The notes under the pieces: generated by a model
The model's input: only the letters and a program-made list of their open reading frames with translations
Database searches by the model: none
What the model was told of the DNA's origin: nothing
Program-made: the position numbers and the translations under genes
Assembly: GCA_021735685.1 (NCBI GenBank)
Contig: JAIPGN010000001.1
Location: forward strand, 202,678-266,677
DNA: 64,000 nucleotides
Reading direction: 5' to 3'
Source: Patescibacteria group bacterium
GTDB lineage: Bacteria; Patescibacteriota; Patescibacteriia; UBA2591; UBA6264
Shown here: positions 47,047-54,296 of the stretch, piece after piece
Layout: the number at the start of each line of letters is the position of its first letter
Numbering within the stretch: position 1 is the stretch's first letter

Positions 47047-47114
47047 GCAAAAAATTTCCAGAAAAAATTTGTTCAGCTTCTGCCTAGATCAAACCTAGGT
47101 AAATAATTCCCAAA

Positions 47115-47191
47115 ATGTACGAGGTCGAACCTCGTACGTCGCATGGTTAAGCTGTTCTAGGGGCAAATGTACGAGGTCGAACCTCGTACAT
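47115..47191. repeat. REP-like palindrome doublet (left of cassette)
   Basis: ATGTACGAGGTCGAACCTCGTAC(G/A)T at 47115-47139 and 47167-47191. Confidence 0.9.
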
Positions 47192-47268
47192 GTTTTTTTT
47201 GAATATTGACAAGTTGGCTATTTTTTGCTATTCTCGTAATATCTTTAAAAAATGCAAGGAGGTGCGCC

Positions 47269-47673
47269 ATGCTTTTATTTGCAGACGCAATTCTAGTTAT
47301 TTTTTTGCTTGGTTTAAGTAGAAAAATAACTTCACAGATTCAGATAGCGGAGTCTTTCCGCCGTTGTCGTTGCCAAAAAGAAGAGAATGAGGAAGAAGAG
47401 TCAGCGGAAAATCTATTTTTCTTAATTTTCAGTTGGCTTCTCTTTATTTCTTCTGCGATTTTCCTCCTTTTCTTCCCTAAAGATTTTTCATGGAGGGAAA
47501 CCGCTGTTTTGGTAGCTGCGTTCCAGTTTATTTTGAGTCTTTGTGGAATGTTTTTCCTGGGGCACAAGAAAGCGTTCCATGTAATTCTTAGCGAATATGG
47601 CTTTAAAGCTGTGTTCGCAGCCACGATCATTACTGGGGTTTTTGTTGCTTTTTTGTTAGCTATTTTTTCTTAA
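47269..47673 (+). CDS. Hypothetical small multi-TM protein (134 aa)
   Basis: TTGACA-17nt-TATTCT promoter at 47206, AGGAGG at 47257, ATG at 47269; about four hydrophobic segments; terminator after the stop. Confidence 0.65.
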   Translation: MLLFADAILVIFLLGLSRKITSQIQIAESFRRCRCQKEENEEEESAENLFFLIFSWLLFISSAIFLLFFPKDFSWRETAVLVAAFQFILSLCGMFFLGHKKAFHVILSEYGFKAVFAATIITGVFVAFLLAIFS

Positions 47674-47689
47674 TAAAAAAGCATCAAGT

Positions 47690-47735
47690 AAGGGGTCTTT
47701 TTGAACGAAATTTCAAGAAGACCCTCCTTTTTTTT
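47690..47735 (+). terminator. Intrinsic terminator
   Basis: GGGTCTTTTTGAA...TTCAAGAAGACCC hairpin followed by a T run. Confidence 0.7.
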
Positions 47736-47807
47736 ATTTAGAAATAAGTAAAAGAATTTCTAGAAAAAATTTGTCTAGACTTGTCTAAGCTGGGCTTATC
47801 CAAACAA

Positions 47808-47884
47808 ATGTACGAGGTCGAACCTCGTACATCGCATGGTTAAGCTGTTCTAGAGGCAAATGTACGAGGTCGAACCTCGTACAT
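47808..47884. repeat. REP-like palindrome doublet (right of cassette)
   Basis: Copies at 47808-47832 and 47860-47884; spacer nearly identical to that of the left doublet. Confidence 0.9.
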
Positions 47885-47984
47885 ATTTTTTTTGAGACAA
47901 AAGTTTTGGGGGCGAAATTTCCAAATCTTGTCAGCTCCTAAACTTTATCATTGTCCTGTCTCTTCGGCTTTAGTCTGTCTAAAA

Positions 47985-48013
47985 TTGACAGAAGGGTCAA
48001 AATATCATAAAAT
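47985..48013 (+). promoter_or_regulatory. Sigma70 promoter of lepA
   Basis: TTGACA-17nt-TAAAAT. Confidence 0.6.
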
Positions 48014-48053
48014 TAGCTTAAGAAATTCAAAAGATTAAAAAAACAATTTTGGA

Positions 48054-49862
48054 ATGAAAAGAGAAAATATTAGAAATTTTTGCATTATTTCTCATGTAGA
48101 TCACGGCAAGTCAACTTTGGCGGATCGTTTTTTAGAAATTACAAATACTGTTGCTAAGGATAAAATCAATCCACAGTACTTAGATCGGATGCCTTTAGAA
48201 CAAGAAAGGGGAATTACAATCAAGTTGCAGCCAGTAACTATGCGTTATCAAGATCAGGGCGAAGGTTATATCCTGAATTTAATTGATACACCTGGCCACG
48301 TTGATTTTTCTTATGAAGTTTCTCGTTCTCTGGCGGCAGTAGAAGGAGCTATTTTGTTAGTTGACGCCGGGCAAGGCATTCAGGCTCAAACTTTAGCTAA
48401 TTTTTATTTAGCTCAAAAACAAGGTTTGAAAATTGTGCCCGTGATTAATAAGGTGGATTTGCCGAATCTAGACCTTGATTCTATTAAAGAAGAGTTGTCA
48501 GATTTAACTGGAGAGCCAGTTTCTGAAATTCTTTGTATTTCTGCTAAAACTGGTCAAGGGGTTGCAGAGCTTTTAAAGAAAGTAATTGATAAAGTGCCAG
48601 CTCCTTTAATTAATAAAGGTCAGGATTCTTCTTTATCTGCTTTAATTTTTGATTCATATTTTGATGAATATAAGGGAGTGGTAGCTTTTGTGCGAGTCTT
48701 TCAGGGTTTAGTGGAGGCGGAAAAGAAAATTAAATTTATGAGCAATCAAGTTGAATCAATTGCTTTGCAGGTTGGTTTATTTCGTCCAGATTTAACTCCT
48801 CAAGAAACTTTGGCTGCTGGAGAAATTGGTTATATTGTGACTGGCTTAAAAGACATTAGTAAGTGTCGAGTAGGTGATACTATTTTTTTGGCCGGGCAAG
48901 AAACGAAGATTTGTCCCGGTTATCAAGAGCCGCAACCCATGGTTTTTGCTGGAATTTATCCTCAGGATGGTAGCAAGCAAGGTAAACTAAGAAAAGCCTT
49001 AGACAAATTAAAACTCAACGATGCCAGTTTAATTTTTGAGCCGGAAGATTCTTCTGCTTTAGGGCCAGGATTTCGAGCTGGTTTTTTAGGATTGCTTCAC
49101 CTAGATATTGTCCGAGAAAGGCTGAAAAGGGAATATGGCATGAATTTAGTGATCACGCCACCAAGCGTTTCTTATCAGGTTTTCTTAGAAGGGAAGGAGA
49201 TGGAAGTAATCAAAAGCCCTAGCGCTTTTCCTGATCCTTCTCAGATAAAAGAGATTAAGGAGCCTTGGGTGAAAATAGATATTGTTTCTCCGCAGAAATA
49301 TTTTGGGCCTTTAATGGAATACATTGAAAGTTTAGGTAAAGCTCAATTTATTTCTTTAGAATATATAAAATCTTCTCAAAAAGAAAAAAGAGGCTTAATT
49401 CATTATGAAGCTCCTTTATCTTTACTCTTGGTTGATTTTTATGATAAAATAAAGGGGTTAAGTCGGGGTTATGCTTCTTATAGTTATCAGTTTTTAGAAT
49501 ATCGTTTGGCGGATGTAGCTAAGTTAGATATTTTGGTAGCTGGTGATCCAGTAGAACAATTAGCTACCATAGTTTATCGCGATCAAGCCTATTTTTCCGG
49601 TCGGCGTATTGTCAAAAAATTAAAGGAAATTCTTCCTCGGCAGATGTTTGAGATTAAGGTTCAAGCTGCGATTGGAGGCAAAATTTTAGCTTCAGAGAAA
49701 ATCTCTGCTTTAAGGAAAAACGTCACCGCTGGTTTATACGGAGGAGACGTTAGTCGAAAGCAAAAATTACTAAAAAAACAAAAGAAAGGTAAAAAGAAAA
49801 TGGAGCAATTGGGGAAAGTCAATATTCCTCCCGAGGCTTATTTGGCGACAATGTCTAAATAA
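48054..49862 (+). CDS. lepA: Elongation factor 4
   Basis: IRNFCIISHVDHGKSTLADR, DTPGHVDF, GFLGLLH, YGGDVSRKQKLL. Confidence 0.98.
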   Translation: MKRENIRNFCIISHVDHGKSTLADRFLEITNTVAKDKINPQYLDRMPLEQERGITIKLQPVTMRYQDQGEGYILNLIDTPGHVDFSYEVSRSLAAVEGAILLVDAGQGIQAQTLANFYLAQKQGLKIVPVINKVDLPNLDLDSIKEELSDLTGEPVSEILCISAKTGQGVAELLKKVIDKVPAPLINKGQDSSLSALIFDSYFDEYKGVVAFVRVFQGLVEAEKKIKFMSNQVESIALQVGLFRPDLTPQETLAAGEIGYIVTGLKDISKCRVGDTIFLAGQETKICPGYQEPQPMVFAGIYPQDGSKQGKLRKALDKLKLNDASLIFEPEDSSALGPGFRAGFLGLLHLDIVRERLKREYGMNLVITPPSVSYQVFLEGKEMEVIKSPSAFPDPSQIKEIKEPWVKIDIVSPQKYFGPLMEYIESLGKAQFISLEYIKSSQKEKRGLIHYEAPLSLLLVDFYDKIKGLSRGYASYSYQFLEYRLADVAKLDILVAGDPVEQLATIVYRDQAYFSGRRIVKKLKEILPRQMFEIKVQAAIGGKILASEKISALRKNVTAGLYGGDVSRKQKLLKKQKKGKKKMEQLGKVNIPPEAYLATMSK

Positions 49863-49872
49863 AATATTTTAT

Positions 49873-50283
49873 ATGCCTAGAGAAAAGGAAAAAGAAGTTT
49901 CTTCTTTCAAAAGAATAATTTCAGCTAAAGGATCTTTTTATTTTTTAATTTTATTATTATTATTGGCTCTTTTTTATTTAGTTAAAGAGATAAGATATCG
50001 ACAACTTTTAGTGGAGGAATTAAATTATGTTAAGGAGCAAGTTCAAGAGGAAGAAACGGAAAAGCAAAATTTAATTGAGGATTTGGAAAAGATTAAAAGT
50101 GATTATTTTAAAGAGAAGGCGGCCCGTTTGAATCTAGGCCTGCAAATGCCAGGAGAAAAGGCGGTGGTTGTTATTCCACCAGAAGATTATCAGGCGGAAG
50201 AAAAGGATATAACTTCTTCTTCTGAAGGCTCCTGGAATCTTAAATCTTGGTGGGATTATTTTTTCAAAAGATCTAATCATTAG
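49873..50283 (+). CDS. Septum formation initiator (FtsB/DivIC-like)
   Basis: One TM, coiled coil, EKAARLNLGLQMPGEKAV. Confidence 0.75.
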   Translation: MPREKEKEVSSFKRIISAKGSFYFLILLLLLALFYLVKEIRYRQLLVEELNYVKEQVQEEETEKQNLIEDLEKIKSDYFKEKAARLNLGLQMPGEKAVVVIPPEDYQAEEKDITSSSEGSWNLKSWWDYFFKRSNH

Positions 50284-50286
50284 TTG

Positions 50287-50871
50287 ATGGATTTTATTAA
50301 ATTCTTAGATCATTCTTTATTTTTTTGGGTTAATGATTGGGTGGGTCAGTTTATGCTTTTGGATTTTTTTGCTATTTTCTGTGCTGATTTTTTGATTTTC
50401 TTTGTTATTTTATTAAGTATTCTTTTTTATTTTTTGAAACGAAGAGATCGCTTAGTTTCTGTCTTTTTGAAGATTATCATTGGTGTACTTTTTGTTTATC
50501 TGGTTAGTATTTTTCTGGGATATATTCTCGGATTTTTTTATTTACGACAACGTCCTTTTTTAGCTTATCCTTCCATTATTCATTTAACTGATTTTTTAGC
50601 TTCTGCTCATAAATTTTCTTTCCCCTCTGATCATACAGCTGTTTCTTTAGTGATAGCTTTATTAATTTTTAAAGATTGGCCTCAGTGGGGTCGAGTTTTA
50701 ATTGGCAGTGCAATTTTAATTGGACTGTCTCGTGTTTTTGTAGGCGTGCACTATCCTCTAGATATTTTAGGTGGAGTTTTAAATGCTTTTTTAGCTTTTA
50801 CAATGGTGCGTTTAATTTTTAAAAAAAAGAGAAGCTCTGAAAATAAACAGAACTTCTTGGATAAGGTGTAA
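50287..50871 (+). CDS. PAP2-family phosphatase (undecaprenyl-diphosphatase-like)
   Basis: RQRPF, SFPSDH, SRVFVGVHYPLDI. Confidence 0.9.
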   Translation: MDFIKFLDHSLFFWVNDWVGQFMLLDFFAIFCADFLIFFVILLSILFYFLKRRDRLVSVFLKIIIGVLFVYLVSIFLGYILGFFYLRQRPFLAYPSIIHLTDFLASAHKFSFPSDHTAVSLVIALLIFKDWPQWGRVLIGSAILIGLSRVFVGVHYPLDILGGVLNAFLAFTMVRLIFKKKRSSENKQNFLDKV

Positions 50872-50878
50872 GAAAGAA

Positions 50879-50950
50879 TAGCAGGAGCGGGGATCGAACC
50901 CGCGACATGTGCCTTATGAAGACACCGCTCTGCCACTGAGCTATCCTGCC
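50879..50950 (-). tRNA. tRNA with CAT anticodon (probably elongator Met; Ile2 not excluded)
   Basis: GGCAGGA acceptor, GTGTC-TTCATAA-GGCAC anticodon arm, GGTTCGATCC T arm; CCA not encoded. Confidence 0.9.
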
Positions 50951-50951
50951 A

Positions 50952-51026
50952 TGGTTGCGGGGACAGGATTCGAACCTGTATCCTCCAGGTTATGGGCCTG
51001 GCGAGCTGCCATTGCTCTACCCCGCG
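50952..51026 (-). tRNA. Initiator tRNA-fMet (CAT)
   Basis: CGCGGGG 5' end with C1:A72 mismatch, A11-U24, anticodon arm CCAGG-CCCATAA-CCTGG, encoded CCA. Confidence 0.92.
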
Positions 51027-51040
51027 TCAGGACATTTCCT

Positions 51041-51068
51041 ATTATAGCAAAGAAATATTTTTTGACAA
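51041..51068 (-). promoter_or_regulatory. Promoter of the tRNA pair
   Basis: Minus strand TTGTCA-16nt-TATAAT with extended TG. Confidence 0.65.
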
Positions 51069-51132
51069 GGTTTGCCTTAGGAAAGGATTTGTTTTCCCCT
51101 TTCTAATTTGTTAAAATATACAAATAGTTGTT

Positions 51133-52359
51133 ATGAAAAATGTTTCCTTTAATTCTCCTTTAGCTGACCGCATGCGTCCCGTTTCTTTTCAGGAATTTTT
51201 GGGGCAAAAAGAAGTAGTTGGCGAAACTGCTCTTTTGAAATCGGTAATTAAATCAAATCAATTACCTTCTTTAATTTTTTGGGGTCCGCCCGGTAGCGGG
51301 AAAACAACTTTAGCTTTTATTATTGCCGACCAATCGCAAGCTCAATTTGAAAAATTAAGTGCGGTCAGTTCTGGGATTAAAGAGCTAAAATCAGTTTTTA
51401 AAAAGGCTGAGGAGAATGCTCAAAATAATCAAAAAACTATTATTTTTGTTGACGAAATTCATCGTTGGCGAAAAAATCAACAAGACGCTCTTTTGCCTTA
51501 TGTAGAAGAGGGGAAGATTATTTTAATCGGAACTACTACCGAAAATCCGAGTTTTGAAATTACTAGCGCTTTGCTTTCTCGTTGTCGAGTTATTGTTTTA
51601 AAGGCTTTGGAAGAAAAACAAATAGAAAAAATTATTCAAAGAGCTTTAACTGACAAAAAAAGGGGGTTGGGAAAATTAAAGATAGAAATCAAACCAAGAG
51701 TGATTAGTTTTATTGCTCAAATGAGCAGTGGAGACGCACGAACTGCTCTTAATATTTTAGAATACGCTGTTTCTTCTCAATCTCAAAAAGAAAAGGGCAA
51801 AATAAAAGTTACAACAAAAGTAATCAAGGAGACTTTACAAAAATCTCATCTTTTTTACGACAAGAACGGAGAAGAACATTATAATATTATTTCTGCTCTA
51901 CATAAATCTCTACGAGGTTCAAATCCAGATGCAGCTCTTTATTGGTTGGCCCGGATGGTGGAGGCTGGTGAAGACCCTTTGTATATTGCTCGTCGTTTGA
52001 TCCGTTTTGCTGCGGAAGACATTGGTTTAGCTAATTCTCAGGCCTTAGAACAAGCTGTAGCTGCTTACCAAGCTTGTCATTTTATTGGTTTACCAGAAGC
52101 TAATGTAGTCTTAGCTCAGGCGGTTGTTTATTTAGCTAAATGTCGTAAATCTAATTTAATTTACTTAGCTTACAAAAAAGCAGCTCAAGATGTTCAAAAA
52201 TATGGTAATTTGCCGGTACCTCTTCATTTGCGTAACGCCGCTAGTGGTCTAATGGAAGACCTTGGTTATGGAAAGGGTTATCAATACAGCCCAGAGCACA
52301 ATTATCAAGAAAAGCAGGAATATTGGCCGGAAAAATTAAAAAATAAAAAATATTTATAA
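51133..52359 (+). CDS. rarA: Replication-associated recombination protein A (RarA/MgsA)
   Basis: PLADRMRP, WGPPGSGKTT, DEIHR, TTENPSF, SALHKS.RGS. Confidence 0.96.
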   Translation: MKNVSFNSPLADRMRPVSFQEFLGQKEVVGETALLKSVIKSNQLPSLIFWGPPGSGKTTLAFIIADQSQAQFEKLSAVSSGIKELKSVFKKAEENAQNNQKTIIFVDEIHRWRKNQQDALLPYVEEGKIILIGTTTENPSFEITSALLSRCRVIVLKALEEKQIEKIIQRALTDKKRGLGKLKIEIKPRVISFIAQMSSGDARTALNILEYAVSSQSQKEKGKIKVTTKVIKETLQKSHLFYDKNGEEHYNIISALHKSLRGSNPDAALYWLARMVEAGEDPLYIARRLIRFAAEDIGLANSQALEQAVAAYQACHFIGLPEANVVLAQAVVYLAKCRKSNLIYLAYKKAAQDVQKYGNLPVPLHLRNAASGLMEDLGYGKGYQYSPEHNYQEKQEYWPEKLKNKKYL

Positions 52360-52365
52360 AAAAAT

Positions 52366-52626
52366 ATGACATCCGTAAATCAAGAAAAAAATAAAAGAGA
52401 TTTGAGTCTGAGTGAATTGTCTAGATATTTGGGAGTTAATAAAAATAGAGTTCTTAAAAAAATTCGTCAAGAAAATATTAATTTGATCGAAAAAGAAGGA
52501 AGCTTGTTTTGCTCTCTTCAAGATTTGGACAAAATTGTAAAGATTTTTATTTCCCCGCAAAAAATTGCTCAGATTACAAAAAAAATGTTAGATGATTATG
52601 GGTCTCTATTTAAGCGTTTAAGTTAA
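52366..52626 (+). CDS. Small HTH-like protein, putative antitoxin
   Basis: LSELSRYLGV HTH-like segment; C-terminal DDYGSLFKRLS; 4 nt upstream of the Doc gene. Confidence 0.55.
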   Translation: MTSVNQEKNKRDLSLSELSRYLGVNKNRVLKKIRQENINLIEKEGSLFCSLQDLDKIVKIFISPQKIAQITKKMLDDYGSLFKRLS

Positions 52627-52630
52627 TCTT

Positions 52631-53056
52631 ATGAAAAGAATTTTTTTAAGTGAAATTGAAATACTTTTTAATGATCTCAACCAAGGACTGAAAGAACGTT
52701 ATCATGAAAAAATGCCGAATTTTGAGACTCGCTATCGCAATGTTTTAGAAAGTTCTTTGGTGGTTCCTTTTGAAGAATTTGGAGGAAAGGCTTTTTATGA
52801 AAGTTTGCCGGAGAAACTAGCAATCATCTTTTATTTGTTGATTAAAAATCACGCTTTCCGAGACGGCAACAAGAGAATGGCTTTAGCTACTCTTTTGTTT
52901 TTCTTGGCTAATAATAACAAGTGGTTAAGAGCAGAAGAAGACGAATTGTATGATTTTATTTTATGGGTTACAGAAAGTAAACCGCAGAATAAAAATTACG
53001 TGTTGGCTGATATTGAAAAATTCATTATTGAACATTTAGTAAGTTATCATCATTAG
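52631..53056 (+). CDS. Doc/Fic family toxin
   Basis: IKNHAFRDGNKRMA Fic/Doc motif. Confidence 0.9.
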   Translation: MKRIFLSEIEILFNDLNQGLKERYHEKMPNFETRYRNVLESSLVVPFEEFGGKAFYESLPEKLAIIFYLLIKNHAFRDGNKRMALATLLFFLANNNKWLRAEEDELYDFILWVTESKPQNKNYVLADIEKFIIEHLVSYHH

Positions 53057-53065
53057 TTTAAAAAT

Positions 53066-53497
53066 ATGGAGAAAGTAAAATTTCAAGAATTATCCCCAGA
53101 ATATCAGCGATTAGTGGAAGCAGCTGAAGAGGCGCGAACGAAATCTTATAGCCCTTATTCTCAAATTAAAGTAGGGGCTGCTATTTTAAGCCAGGATCAA
53201 GAGGTGATTAAAGGAGCGAATATGGAAAACGCTTCTTTTCCTTTAAGTATTTGTGCCGAAGCTGCGGCTTTAGCTCAAGCCAATACTCGAGGAATATCTT
53301 CTTTTCAAGCCCTTGCTCTGATTAGCTCTTTGGAGAAAATAATCACTCCTTGTGGAGCTTGTCGTCAGATTTTAATTGAATTTTGGCAAAGATCTGGAAT
53401 TGATTTTGAAGTAATTATGAGCGGGCAAAAAAAGGAAGAGGTAAGGTTAGCCAAGGTTTCTGAACTCTTGCCTTGGTCTTTTGGCATTGATGAATAA
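53066..53497 (+). CDS. cdd: Cytidine deaminase
   Basis: YSPYS..VGAA, N.ENAS, CAE, PCGACRQ. Confidence 0.95.
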   Translation: MEKVKFQELSPEYQRLVEAAEEARTKSYSPYSQIKVGAAILSQDQEVIKGANMENASFPLSICAEAAALAQANTRGISSFQALALISSLEKIITPCGACRQILIEFWQRSGIDFEVIMSGQKKEEVRLAKVSELLPWSFGIDE

Positions 53498-54296
53498 AAA
53501 CAAAATGATTGACACTCACGCCCATTTAAATTTTGAAAATTTCTCTTCTGATTATTCAGAAGTTATTAAACGGTCCTTAGAAAATAATGTCCGTTTAATT
53601 ATTAATGTAGGAACAAATTTAGTGACCAGCCAAAAAGCTGTTGATTTAGCTGAAGAGAATGAAAGTTGTCGGGCGACGGTTGGTTGCCATCCTTTAGAGA
53701 TTGAAGAGGGAAATTTCGATCTAGAGCAATATCGAAATTTGATTATTGAAAATCAGAATAAAGTTAAGGCAGTAGGAGAGATCGGATTGGATTATTACTA
53801 TTCACAGAAGGAAAAAGTTCAACAAAAAGAAATTTTGATTAGGCAAATTAGCTTAGCTCAAGAATTTAAGTTGCCTTTAATTTTACATTGCCGAGGAGAC
53901 AAAGAGAAACCTTTTGAAGCTTATCAGGAATTATTAGAAATTTTAAAGAAAGATTCTTTTTCTGGAATAAAAGGAGTAGCGCATTGCTTTGGGGCAAATT
54001 GGAGCTTAGCAAAAAAATTCTTAGATTTAGGTTTTTTAATTAGCTTTACTGGCATAGTTACTTTTAAAAATGCAGGAGATCAGCTCTTAGAAGTAGTTAA
54101 GAAAGTGCCTTTAGATAAATTTTTATTAGAAACCGATTCTCCTTATTTAGCGCCAGCACCTTATCGCGGACAGCGTAATGAACCATCTTATATTCCTTTA
54201 ATTGCCCAAAGAATAGCGGACTTAAAGGAAGTCTCTCTGGAAGAGGTGAGTAAAGTCACTACGCTCAGTGCTCAGAAATTATTTAACCTTTCTTAA
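53490..54296 (+). CDS. tatD: TatD family hydrolase
   Basis: IDTHAHL, GEIGLDY, LHCR, HCF, ETDSPYL.P; start uncertain (53490 or 53506). Confidence 0.93.
   Translation: MNKNKMIDTHAHLNFENFSSDYSEVIKRSLENNVRLIINVGTNLVTSQKAVDLAEENESCRATVGCHPLEIEEGNFDLEQYRNLIIENQNKVKAVGEIGLDYYYSQKEKVQQKEILIRQISLAQEFKLPLILHCRGDKEKPFEAYQELLEILKKDSFSGIKGVAHCFGANWSLAKKFLDLGFLISFTGIVTFKNAGDQLLEVVKKVPLDKFLLETDSPYLAPAPYRGQRNEPSYIPLIAQRIADLKEVSLEEVSKVTTLSAQKLFNLS

Noticed and set aside
47115-47884. Palindromic repeats with ~27-bp spacers as a CRISPR array
   Set aside because: Only two repeats per locus, the spacers are homologous to each other, and there are no cas genes in the window.
50751-51106. ORFs 50751-50936 and 50909-51106
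   Set aside because: They overlap the two tRNA genes and are spurious.
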